From assembly GCF_001194135.2 (NCBI RefSeq), contig NC_068994.1:43452945-43516944 (forward strand): 64,000 nucleotides of DNA. The letters are read 5' to 3'. The position numbers and the translations under genes are program-made. This DNA is from Octopus bimaculoides. Taxonomy: Eukaryota. The notes below the pieces were generated by a model. That model worked only from the letters and a program-made list of their open reading frames with translations. It had not been told where the DNA came from and made no database searches. The first letter of the stretch is position 1, and every line of letters starts with the position of its first letter. Below, piece by piece: positions 12,908-25,616 of the stretch.

Positions 12908-13942
12908 ATCTGCTCTGTCAAAACTGATCTGACAAATAAATGCACAGGGAAAATAAGGGGTTAATAAAATGACGGAGTAAGTTGATCTTGGTGGATTTGA
13001 TCTCAGAAGTAAATTGTCAAAAGAAAAAGACATATTTTACCAGCTCACCAATACCTTTAATAATGCTTTCTGATCTAGAAACAACTCAGCAGTTTTGAGG
13101 GGATTGTTTAATCCATTATATCATCTCAGTATTAGACTGGTACTTGTTTTATTGATACTGGCTAGAAAACTGATACGGCCAAAGAGGCAACAGTAGTGAC
13201 AAAATACAAGCTATCAATACACAAGAGGACCTAGTAGATATATAAGATACACAAGAGTATCTGGTAGATTACTATATAGTCATTCAATATCAGTCAAAAC
13301 CTTCCTTATTTTGCATTCTAGTATGTCTTCAAAAGAAAATTTTTTTTAAAAATGGAAGGACACACTGGATAATGTATTCTTAGACACACAATGTCCCCTG
13401 CCAAATGAGATGATAGTCATGGCAGGAACACTTTTTATCATAGCTTTGCTCAATTAGAGCTAAACGTAGAACGAAACAACAGTAACGACAACCAGTCTAG
13501 AGGTTGATATCCTTTTAACAATGCTACTTCAAACAAAGAGTTGTTAAAAGTAAACTATATAAAATATAGAAGCAACATTCTGGTTTCAACCACTATAGTT
13601 CCTGTAATACATAACCATTGTGCAAATACTATAATGCTATACATAAATGATGTCTTAAGTCTGTATGAATAAGTATACAGAGATTTTGTGTAAATAAACG
13701 GATCATAATATCAAGACTTAAACACTAAGATAATATCTTTGTATGTATTTTCTTATTAATGTAGATGGCATATATGAGTATGTGGTGTGGGTGTGTGTGT
13801 GGTGTGTGCGATGTGATATGGTGTGTGTGTGTGTGTGTTTGCGTGTGTGTATAGTCTACATGAATAAACACAGCTGACTATGTCAATATAAATGATTGTT
13901 GTACTAAAAGAAGATAAACTTTGAACACACATACGGACAAAC

Positions 13943-13987
<45 letters not shown>

Positions 13988-14301
13988 NNNNNNNNNNNNN
14001 NNNNNNNNNNNNNNNNNNNNNNNNNNNNNNNNNNNNNNNNNNNNNNNNNNNNNNNNNNNNNNNNNNNNNNNNNNNNNNNNNNNNNNNNNNNNNNNNNNNN
14101 NNNNNNNNNNNNNNNNNNNNNNNNNNNNNNNNNNNNNNNNNNNNNNNNNNNNNNNNNNNNNNNNNNNNNNNNNNNNNNNNNNNNNNNNNNNNNNNNNNNN
14201 NNNNNNNNNNNNNNNNNNNNNNNNNNNNNNNNNNNNNNNNNNNNNNNNNNNNNNNNNNNNNNNNNNNNNNNNNNNNNNNNNNNNNNNNNNNNNNNNNNNN
14301 N

Positions 14302-14334
<33 letters not shown>

Positions 14335-14779
14335 TTATACAAACAGACACACACACATATATATGCATATACATTTATATACTCAAATATGCATACATAT
14401 ATACACTGACACACATACACATACTTACATACATACAAACACAGACATGTACATGTGTGTGTCTATATGATATATTGTGATAATATGCGTACAATAGAGA
14501 CAGTGCCCATTACAAAAGAGCTGCAAATTTATTTGGTGCAAAATAAATAAAAAGTAGTATGTAAAAAGCAAATTTTTCAGAAGGGCAATGTCCATTAAAC
14601 CCATTAGTACATCCAAAACGATTTGGAGAAAATGTGAAAAGGAGAAAGTTCTCCTCAGAGTTAAGACTAGGTTTGGATTCTTACAGAATGGTGGACTTCA
14701 TGATAGAAACTTAGGGGTCAGGTGGTGGGGTTAAGTCGAGTAACTGATTATATCTAGAAGCCATCCTTACCCACACTCC

Positions 14780-14781
<2 letters not shown>

Positions 14782-14824
<43 letters not shown>

Positions 14825-15330
14825 CATCATCGTCATCATCTTCGTCATCACTGTCAACATCAACATTCGATGTCTGTTTTCCATGCTGGACGACTTGATA
14901 TGAACTGGCAAGACCTGGGCCACACCTAGTTCTATAACCTCTTTTGGCTTGATTTCTATAGCTGGATGCCCTTCCTAACATGAACCACCTTACAGAGTAT
15001 ACTGGGTGCTTTTTAAGTGGCACGAACACCCACACCAATGCTCTTTACATGGCACTTTAGTTTTAGGATCTCAGTTCTGTTGTGGTGAGTGGGTCCTCTT
15101 GAATACAACAATGCGCCACATATCTCAGTCCTTTGACATCTTCTGCATAAGGCTCAGTGTTTTGAGATTGGCCTTCAGTACTTTGCCTCATGTCTTCCTG
15201 GGTCTTCTTCTTCCACAATTTCCCGCCAATTTAAGTGATCAGCACTTTTTTATGCAACTGTCCTCATCTCTCCACATCACATTACCAAACCAGCATAGTC
15301 TCCTCTCTTGCACACAACATATAAATAAAT
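14782..15330 (-). mobile_element. RTE LINE 3' end with (GAT)n tail
   Basis: Minus frames give QERRLCWFGNVMWRDEDSCIKKC and GRRRPRKTW (RTE RRLRWFGHV...RGRPRKTW), followed by the 3'UTR and tail. Confidence 0.8.
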
Positions 15331-15469
15331 AGAATAGGAACAGTCCCTCTGATTGGCTTCCACACAGTAACCTTATACCAATTTGCTCTTTATTTTTTTT
15401 TTCATGAGCCTTAGGAGTCATAAGGCCAGAGCTTGAGTTGGTTTCCATGTCATATAAATGAGCACTCTG

Positions 15470-15780
15470 GCGGTTACACCGATGAAGGCTCCAGTTGATC
15501 CAATCAATAGAGAAGACTGCTCAGGAAATTAACATGTATGTAGCTGAGTCCTCCGCAAACATGTGTACCCTTAATGCTGTTCTCAGAGATTTAGTGTGAC
15601 ACAGAGTGTGACAAGGCTGGACCTTTGAAATACAGGTACTACTCATTTTTGCCAGCTGAGTGGACTGGAGTAACGTGAAATAAAGTGTCTTGTTCAAGGA
15701 CAAAACTCATCACTGTGAATTGAACTCACAACCTTACGATCCTGAGCCAAATACCCTAACCACTCAGCCACGTGCTTTCA
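15470..15780 (-). mobile_element. tRNA-derived SINE, family C; second copy about 40770-41070
   Basis: Both loci share gaaattaacatg...acccttaa...tgtgacaagg...aggtactact...gaactggag...aataaagtg.cttg.tcaaggaca...aataccctaa. Confidence 0.75.
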
Positions 15781-15838
15781 CCATGTGACTGAAGTTGCAA
15801 CACTCATCCTTTTAACAGGACACCAGTCCATCACAAGT

Positions 15839-16243
15839 TTAGCCCTTTAGCATTTAAACCTGCCATATCCTGCCCAAAATATTCTACCTGTTTTACGACC
15901 AAACCAGCCAGATCTGACCTCTCACACCTATCCTACAATGTCGTTCTAAAAATAAATAATCACATCATCAACATTTCTATGCTACAAGATTATACATGAT
16001 TAATTCATAACAATGTGAATAAATGTGAATGGCTACACTCTCTGAGTGGTTGGCATTAGGAAGGGCATCCAGCTGTAGAAACTCTGCTAAATCAGATTGG
16101 AGCCTGGTGTTGCCATCCGGTTTCACCAGTCCTCAGTCAAATCGTCCAACCCATGCTAGCATGGAAAGCGGACGTTAAACGATGATGATGATGATGAAAT
16201 AAACATTATATTTGACAGAGTAATCTGAATGCTAAACAGTTAA
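15839..16243. mobile_element. piggyBac-type MITE interrupted by an RTE-tail element (about 16031-16196)
   Basis: Ends ttagccctttagcatt ... aatgctaaacagttaa. Interior matches the 20549-21144 copy. The insert reads gggcatccagctgtagaaac...ggacgttaaac(gat)n. Confidence 0.7.
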
Positions 16244-16939
16244 CTTCTCAACTGTTACTTGGACTATTTTACAGTTGAGTGGACGCACATGTACGCACAA
16301 ATATTTATATATATATACAAACACACACACACATGCACACATAAATCTACACATGACAAGCTACTTTCAGTTTTTGTCTGCCAAATCCACTCACAAGACT
16401 TTGGTCGACCAGGGCTATAGTAGTAGACACTTGCTCAAGATATAATCTCAGGCAAGTGTCTTCTACAATAGGCATGTATTCTATCATGTATCCTGTAAGA
16501 TGAATAATGATGCCTAAATAGTCATTGGGAGGGTCCATACTAGATGAATAAGAACAATTGAGATATTAGCTGTCATACCTTGAAGGAATGTTATCCATTT
16601 ATGATAAACAGCCATAGTACATTTCCAAAATCAGGTGAGATAGAAATATGTTATTACAAAATAGATATGTCAAGCCTGTGAGTAGTAGCACTTACCAGGA
16701 TCCCATCTTGGGGTTAATTAGCATGCCATGGAATTGTCTCTAGAAGAAGCTCACTCGCAGATACCCCAAAAATCCAGGGTAGATGAGTCCCTTTAAGGTC
16801 TTTAGCTGCTCACCTAAATGAAAGTAACCTTATATAAACCCTGCATCCCAATAACTATTGGCCTCGTAGCAATTGTTACACCTGACCAATATAAATTTGA
16901 AGAACGGGAGAGTGGGATTGACTCTGCACAAACCATGCC

Positions 16940-17345
16940 TAGAAACGTTAGCCTGCCAGATGAAATACTTAGTGGTATTTTGTCTGTCTTTATATTCTGA
17001 GTTCAAATTCCACCGAGATAGACTTTGCCCTTCCTCCTTTTGGGGTTTATAAATTAAGTATCAGTTGCATACTAATCGACTGCCCTGCCTCCCCAAAAAT
17101 TTCGGGCCTTGTGCCTAGAGTAGAGAAGAAAAATTCTTTCCAATTTTGACACAAAACCAGTGATTTGAAGCGAGAAGGCAAGCCAATTACATCAATCCCA
17201 ATGCTCAACTGATACTTATTTTATTGACCCTGAATGAATAAAAGTGAAAGTTTACTTCAGTGGCAATTGAACTCAGAACATAAAGCCAGAAGAAATGCCA
17301 CTTAGCATTTTGTCTGATGCCCAAATGATTCTGCCAGACCTTGTT
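16940..17345. mobile_element. Tail-to-tail inverted pair of family-B SINEs
   Basis: A plus copy (...ttctgagttcaaattccaccgag...ggccttgtgcc) is immediately followed by a minus copy (ttttgacacaaaacc...ttgaactcagaac...gattctgccag). Confidence 0.75.
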
Positions 17346-18238
17346 CAGCAAGCCCAGTCACCAACACCCTAACACGGTGCAGATGTGTCTTGTTGAACCC
17401 ACATTTGTTAAAGTGACAAGACAGTCTATATATAATTATGTTAAGCAGTTCTTTCTTAAAATGGTAGCAAAATGCTATTTTACGTTGAAATATCACACCA
17501 CAGGAACTATATACAAGAAAGATTGTTTGAATTGAAATATAAAAACTACAAATGAAATTACTATATGAACACTTCTAAAGTTAAGAGTTTACCTGGAATG
17601 TTCCCATAGACATTTTCACCAAAGATAGGCATTACAGACAAAATGTTGTAAATGTTACTTAAGAATACAATCATAAAGAAAACATAGATGATCAGATTTC
17701 TTGAAGAAGGAACACAGATAAAGGAAAACTAAATTAACACTTCAAATTCAGCTAATTAGTCTTATAGATGAATATGCAAATCATTTCAAATGTTGAATAT
17801 TTGAATTTATTAGTTCCTTGTAATCTGAATACCAGCAATTTTGACTCTCTGTTGAATAAACAGAGAATGATTAAAAGAAGGAACATTATACATATATAAA
17901 TATATTTATTCGTTCATACATAGAAATATGCATACATACTTACATACAAAAATCTATAAATGTACTCGTCAATTTCTCCATACATACATACATACATACA
18001 TACATACCTGCGTACATACATACATAGTTACTAACATACATACATACGTGCATACATAAATACATATATAATGGACTTCTTGCTGGTCCTATTCGAGACT
18101 TAACTCACAAGGCATCAGTCAACTCATAGCTATTGTAGAAGACACCAGCTGACTGTGTCCATACAGTGGAGTGGGAGTGAACCCCAAACCATGTGACTCC
18201 AAAGAGAACGTCTTTACCACACAAACATACATAGCAAT

Positions 18239-18270
<32 letters not shown>

Positions 18271-18672
18271 ATGCACGTACACACACACAGGAATGTATAA
18301 TTTTATGCTTCCTATGGGAATGAAACCTCTTTCTACTGAAGCTTATTAATGCAACCAAAATCATGAAAAGAAACTATTCTTGTTGCTTAATCATCTCCAA
18401 AATTTCCTGCTTAAATTTAAACAACCTTTTAAGGAGCCACCTCATTGCTTGCTTAATTAGAGCACACAAAAGAAAGCAATCGATCCGTCACACTTGATTT
18501 GCTTTTACACTTTGAACCGATTGCTCATGCTGCATTATATTTCTGTGTTATAATTTTGTTATTAATTCAATACTTTTGTTATCCTATCTTGTCATATAAA
18601 TGCAAAAAGTAATATCAATAGAAACTAAGTTAAAAATAATAAAATGAGTTGTAGGATGTGAAAAGATGCCTA

Positions 18673-18815
18673 CAGTCATGGCCAAAAGTTTGGAACATAG
18701 GTCTGAAAATTAGAAGTTTTATATTAAATGTTGAAAGTTATATTTGGTTGGAGTGTATCTTGGGCATAATAATTTTAATTTTTAAAAAAATGTTCCAAGC
18801 GTTTAGCCATGACTG
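18673..18815. mobile_element. Tc1/mariner MITE (143 bp)
   Basis: TA|cagtcatggccaaaagtttggaaca ... tgttccaagcgtttagccatgactg|TA. 24 of 27 positions match including the TA target duplication. Confidence 0.9.
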
Positions 18816-19299
18816 TATTAGGTTTCTCTTCACTTCCTTCAATCATTAGGACTGTCAGTATAAAGAACTCAATAGGACAAGATACTTTAAGTATGATATA
18901 CAGATTGCAAATTTTAACTAACATTGTTTTCATCACTAATGATGAATTTTTATTTAGCCTGTTGGTTAAATGCAACATCAGTAGCCTTTCAGCTAGCAGA
19001 CATTTTTTGCTTAGCATGTGGTGCCAATGAGTACTTGCTACTGATGAAGCTCAAAAAAAACAGAAATCTAGATTCAGCAATAGCACCTCTACTGCAGGAC
19101 AATTTTTGCCTGCTGCTTATATATTTCTGTGTTTTAATACTATATATCTATATAAGATGGCTTTCTGGAGACTAATACTGCAATTTAGAAGGCCTTCAAC
19201 TGTATATATATTGAAGTATGACATACAAATCACAACCATGAGAAATTTGAATTCAATGGTTCTAAACTTACACATACATGCAGTAAAATCAAGGAAGTA

Positions 19300-21215
19300 A
19301 AAAAACAATACTACATTTGTTGGTGGAAAATACGTCACCGTATCACATGCCATTCTCTCAGGTTTTTAATCAAGAAAAAGCATTGAATGTATTTAAGTAG
19401 TTGAAACAAGAAGCTGAGGAAGTCACTTAAGCATTTGTTGCTTTCCGTGGCTGCTTTGAAAATTTCAAGAAAGGATATAATTTCTTTAGCATTCAGATAA
19501 CAAGAGAATCAGCAAGTGGTGGCAGTCAAGCTGCCCCAGAATTTGATATATATTATAGAATATATATTATTGATATATATTATAGAAAGAGGTAGCCAAT
19601 GGGCAGACAGAATTGTTAACATATTGGACAAAATTCTTAGCAGCATCCCTTCTAGCTCTTAATGTTCTGAGTTCAAATCATCATGAACTCAGAACCTTAT
19701 TCAGTACTTTACTAAATCGACCTTCAGAGTCAATAACAAGGTACCTGTCATAGGAGTCAATGTAATCAATTTGCCCTGCTTCCCTCAAAATTGCTGGTCT
19801 TGAATCCTACAACAGACCAGCGTCCCAATCAAAAAGAATTTGGTCTTAGTAGCTTGCATGCCATGGAAGCTGAGTAAGTGGTTTCAGAAGTCATATATAG
19901 GGCTTGAAAAAAAAAGCGGGGTGGAGAGAATAAAAAGATGTAATCAGCTATCAAATCTAGTTTTTAATGTAGACAAATTTGTGCTATTTTGGAAACATTT
20001 ACTTTCTAAGTCTTTCATATAAAAAATGATACTTGACTATAAATCAGCATAAGATCGCTTTCCCTTGTTATTTGAAGCAAATACCACTGGAGTCTTGAAA
20101 GAAACTTAAATTACTGTTCATTAATCATTCTGATACTCCAAGAGGAATTCAAAGTGTCTCCAAATCTATGCAGCCTGTTGTATGGAAATCTAACAGAAAA
20201 GCTTTGGTTGCATAGGATTTGCTTACTGAACGGTTCATTAAACATTTCTGCCCTGTTGTCAGTTTGTTACCGTGTGAAGAAGAATTTCAAGCTGAAGGCA
20301 CTTCTGCTTCTGGACAATGCGCCTGGCCATCCTTCAAATCTCAATTCACTCTAAACATGCATACTTGCTGAAGTTGCTTTCATTCCAGCAAACACAATTT
20401 CACTACTATATCGTATGGACCAAAGAATTCTATTTGTTTCAAAGGCATATTATCTAGGAAAAACTGTTGATTGCAGTGATTAATGATAAGTATCAGTCTG
20501 TCAAAAGTTCTGGAAAAAATTGAAACATTGTGCAAGCAATAAAAAATATTAACCCTTCACCATTTAAACTGGCTATATCTGGCCCAGATATTTTACCTGT
20601 TTTATATTCAAACCAGTCAGATCTGGTTTCTCACATCTACCCTACAATGTTATTCTAAAAATATACAATCACAAAGTTTCCCTCTTCAAATGCCCCTGCT
20701 CCTCTCATAATTCCTTGTCTTGTGAGTTACATGGTGACCCTGCCAGTGCTGGTGCCATGAAAAAGCATCCAGTCCACACTGTAAAGTAGTTGGCATTTGG
20801 AAGGGCACCCAGCTGTAAAAATCATGCCAAAACTAACCTCGCTTGTGCTAGTGCCACGTAAAAAGCACTGAGTCCACCCTGCAGAGTGGTTGGTATTAGG
20901 AAGGGCATCTACCCATAAAAACACTGCCAAAACAGACACAGTAGCATAGCGTTGTTTTTCCACCCAGCTCCTGTGAACCATCCAACCATGCATGCATGGA
21001 AGATGGACATTAAACGATGATGATGATGATCATCATCATCATCATCTTCAAAATTTTGAAATCAGATAATATATGATTAATTCAAAACAATGTGATTGAA
21101 TAGGCATTATATTTGGCAAAATAATCTGAATGCTAAATGGTTAAAGACGCCTGTGATAAAGTTAAACATACATGTTTTATTAGGGTTTGGATAAATGTGT
21201 ATCCAAATGCAGTTA
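19300..21215 (+). mobile_element. Decayed Tigger/pogo transposase with nested insertions
   Basis: Remnants resembling IQEKAL, F.NFKK, FNVDK..LFWK, LLLLDNAPGHP, FIPANT.SL...MDQ, FKAYYL, FWKK, AIKNI and VW...P.AV. Confidence 0.85.
20549..21144. mobile_element. piggyBac-type MITE with TTAA TSD inside Tigger, itself carrying an RTE-tail element (about 20674-21030)
   Basis: TTAA|cccttcaccattt ... aatgctaaatgg|TTAA. Removing it restores the Tigger frame AIKNIKDACDKVK. Partial copies at about 33955-34034 and 59085-59165. Confidence 0.85.
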
Positions 21216-22172
21216 AAAAGAAAGCTTAGTATCGGTATGGGATTTAGACATAAGCTAATCTAGCAACAGCTTAAAGTCTCATAATCTGCAGGATTCACTA
21301 ATAATTAAAATAAGTATGTTTTCAACTTATTTGGAATCTTTTTGTGTAATCTTTTTTAACAAGGAGCCTCTTAGCTTTATATATACTTTAGAGACTCACC
21401 AAGACTAAATCTGATACAGATTACAAGATAAAATGTTTTCAGTCACCCATAACCTTGTACAAATGGTACATCATGTAGGTATCAAAGCAGCTGATACTGA
21501 TGATATTCACGATTTTTTGCCTGTGGTAAGAAGACCATCATCTATGAAGACCTTTAAGATTTAACAGACTCACCGATGTATTACTCACATAGGGAAGAAA
21601 GCATTTCTTCAGAATTAGTTTTATCAACAGCATTTTTATATATGTAAAAGCGCTAGTGAAATAATTCAGAATGACTTTCAGAAAAGTATCCAGATTTTGA
21701 TTGATGGATGAAATCAAGAACTTCATTTTCATATCAACCTGCATGAAATCACTCCTGGTTCAATGATACAAGCTGTTTTAAAGTAATCTAAATTTAAAAC
21801 CTTCATCAATATTTTATGTTAATTTTTGTTCTAAACACCAGCTAAATAATGGAAATATTCTATATTTTCAAAATTACTTGAAGCAAAGACAGAATATTTC
21901 AACAGAAATGTGGTAACGAAAGTACTTGAAGAGCTGTAATGGAGGCACCGAAAGTTTAGAGCCATACACACACACACATACATATATATATATGTGTGTG
22001 TATGTATATATATATATATATATATATATNNNNNNNNNNNNNNNNNNNNNNNNNNNNNNNNNNNNNNNNNNNNNNNNNNNNNNNNNNNNNNNNNNNNNNN
22101 NNNNNNNNNNNNNNNNNNNNNNNNNNNNNNNNNNNNNNNNNNNNNNNNNNNNNNNNNNNNNNNNNNNNNNNN

Positions 22173-22204
<32 letters not shown>

Positions 22205-22969
22205 GCATATATGTATATATATAATTTTATACACACACACATATGTACATATACATATACATATGTATATATGTATACTTATACACACACAGATATGTAC
22301 ATATACATATATGTATATACATACATACACACACATACATTAAAAGGCATACATTAAATACAGACCAGATTATTACTCAGACTAACCAGATCAAATTGCT
22401 AAAATCCAACGTCCTACACATGGGAGATGTAATCCAGCAAAATCCTGCTTGACCATCTTTTATATTATCCTTATACACACACACTTGTAAAAGGTTAATA
22501 AACATTTATACTACTATAAGTAGTTGGTAATTCTTCAGTTTAACATTAACACACAGATATATAAATTGTCATATTTTTATTATTATTACTTTTGTGTTTT
22601 CTGTTTGGATAAAGGAAAGATTAATTAAATGTAATAAAACCACATTTAGAAAACAATTATCACCAAATAAAAGACCAACCATATCTTGCACAAAATTCAA
22701 GAAGATGATTTAGGGTAAATTTTGGGATAAAAATAGAACTGCCATGAATGAGATTTTATGCTAATTAGTGCTGTGTTGTGATTGTGATTTGTTTAACATT
22801 AGATCTGAAAGGAAACTTGTTGTGTTCTGTTCTCATCAAAGCTAAGATCTATCGCTGTCAATACCTTAAGTACATTGAGGCTTAGCTATATATGTAAATA
22901 TATATGCCATCAATGTTATATCTACTCTTTGCTTCATTTTCTCTCTATTCCTTTTTCACTTCCTTACTT

Positions 22970-23007
<38 letters not shown>

Positions 23008-23259
23008 TCTCTCTCTTTCCCCCACTCTCCCTCTCTCTCCTTCTCTCTCTCAATCTTTCTCTCTCTTTCTCTTATCTAGTAATAATATTTTTTTTATTCA
23101 GACAGAGAAATTGTTATTAGTAAGACATATTTAGGTGAAGAAATGAATAGTTGGATATATGTATGTACATACATATGAATGAAGAAGTGAACAGAAAGAA
23201 AGACAAATATATATGTATGCATGCATGTGTGTGTGTGTGTGTGGTTATATATATATATA

Positions 23260-23741
23260 AAATAACAAAGGCTGCTATACACAATATAAAACCATAAAGG
23301 AAAAATTCAGCTGTCACTAATTGTGATTGACAGTGCAGGGTAGCACCTACATTGCCAGAAATAAAAGCAATGAGCCCTTATAGTCACAGGAAGCATATGT
23401 CTATGCACTAACAGGGAAGACAACTGCCCCACAGCGAGCAAGATCACCATACTGATCTAGTTTCACTTAAAATTAAAGCCGTCACTGGTGACTACTCCAT
23501 CGCTGGATGGTTTGGCTACATCCCAACTGTCAGAATACAGTATTTACCATATAAATCAGTGACTGATTCAGGAAAATGGTAATGTGAAAATGATAAAATA
23601 ACAAAAGTGGCTATATACAATATAAAACCAAAAGGAAAAGTTCAATTGTCACAAATTGTGAATGACAGTGCAGGGTAGCACACCTTCATTGCTAGAAATA
23701 AGAGCTAAAAGCCCTTGTAGCCACAAGAAGCACATGTCTAT
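23260..23741. repeat. Local duplication of about 145 bp (23260-23405 and 23597-23741)
   Basis: aaataacaaa...acaatataaa.cca.aaggaaaa.ttca..tgtcac.aattgtga.tgacagtgcagggtagcac...gccctt.tag.caca.gaagca.atgtcta occurs in both copies. Confidence 0.85.
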
Positions 23742-23991
23742 ATGAACACAGATAGGTAGCCAAATCAAGGAATAGAGCACGCACGATATGTATTTTGATG
23801 TTTAAATATTTGTATCAACAGTTTGATTCAGTGATGCTTACCATGAAGTTTCATAGATATGTGATATAGTCTTTGGCTTTGGGATACTTACTTCTGAGTA
23901 GGAAACATCTTGAAAATATGGCATGCTTTCATGCCACTGAAACTTCCAAATGATGCATCTCTGATTCAAACTGCTAATACCACAACATTAG

Positions 23992-24042
<51 letters not shown>

Positions 24043-24779
24043 NNNNNNNNNNNNNNNNNNNNNNNNNNNNNNNNNNNNNNNNNNNNNNNNNNNNNNNNNN
24101 NNNNNNNNNNNNNNNNNNNNNNNNNNNNNNNNNNNNNNNNNNNNNNNNNNNNNNNNNNNNNNNNNNNNNNNNNNNNNNNNNNNNNNNNNNNNNNNNNNNN
24201 NNNNNNNNNNNNNNNNNNNNNNNNNNNNNNNNNNNNNNNNNNNNNNNNNNNNNNNNNNNNNNNNNNNNNNNNNNNNNNNNNNNNNNNNNNNNNNNNNNNN
24301 NNNNNNNNNNNNNNNNNNNNNNNNNNNNNNNNNNNNNNNNNNNNNNNNNNNNNNNNNNNNNNNNNNNNNNNNNNNNNNNNNNNNNNNNNNNNNNNNNNNN
24401 NNNNNNNNNNNNNNNNNNNNNNNNNNNNNNNNNNNNNNNNNNNNNNNNNNNNNNNNNNNNNNNNNNNNNNNNNNNNNNNNNNNNNNNNNNNNNNNNNNNN
24501 NNNNNNNNNNNNNNNNNNNNNNNNNNNNNNNNNNNNNNNNNNNNNNNNNNNNNNNNNNNNNNNNNNNNNNNNNNNNNNNNNNNNNNNNNNNNNNNNNNNN
24601 NNNNNNNNNNNNNNNNNNNNNNNNNNNNNNNNNNNNNNNNNNNNNNNNNNNNNNNNNNNNNNNNNNNNNNNNNNNNNNNNNNNNNNNNNNNNNNNNNNNN
24701 NNNNNNNNNNNNNNNNNNNNNNNNNNNNNNNNNNNNNNNNNNNNNNNNNNNNNNNNNNNNNNNNNNNNNNNNNNNNNNN

Positions 24780-24828
<49 letters not shown>

Positions 24829-25495
24829 CATACATATATTTCATACATATATTCGGTGACCTGAGGCACATATTCACTTACACAAAATTTGTTTGTATGC
24901 ATTTATTTTTTATCTGTCTACATTTTCCTGGTTTTGTCCATTCTTTCTCACCCTCATTTATTGCGTCAAGCTATGAACCCACTCTATCTCATGCCTTCCC
25001 TTTTTCCTCCCTCACTCTCTCTCTCTCTCATGCACTTGTGCATGCACACACACACACACACAAACAGATTTCTTATATTTATCTTTTGCAGCCAATTTAA
25101 TCTACCTTCTGAGTCACAGTGATTCATCCTTACAATTCTCAATATTGCAGGGCTGAGCTTTGACAGAATGATCAATGAGGTAGCCATTTCAAATCTTGCT
25201 CATAACTGAGAAATTTTTCTTTATTTTCTTTCTTTATTAATCTTTTCCCTGAAACAGAAATACTTAGGAAAAGTTGCCTCAGACACACAGCACAACATCT
25301 CTAAACCTATTATATTTTTTGTAAGAATATTTGGTTAAGCTATATTCCAAACACCATTGTAATGATGACAAAGTTAGTTTTTCCTTTTCTAAATCCAATC
25401 CCTTCGTATTCTTGTTTATTTCCACAATAATTCAAAGCATAAAAGCTATGTCTTTCATTAGAGATATAAAAGGTATGCCCCACCTTTCTCTGTCC

Positions 25496-25541
<46 letters not shown>

Positions 25542-25581
25542 TTGGAAATGGATGTGTGGTGTTCAATCATATAATAATATA

Positions 25582-25616
<35 letters not shown>

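Noticed and set aside
16697-16813. Minus segment with a perfect GTAAGT donor and a good acceptor
   Set aside because: Stops in all three frames.
17593-17728. Phase 0-1 minus segment ending ENVYGNIP-G|GTAAAC, echoing HYEEIP-G|GT
   Set aside because: The remainder is F/I/L/Y-rich AT-noise translation with a weak acceptor. Worth a glance in RNA-seq only.
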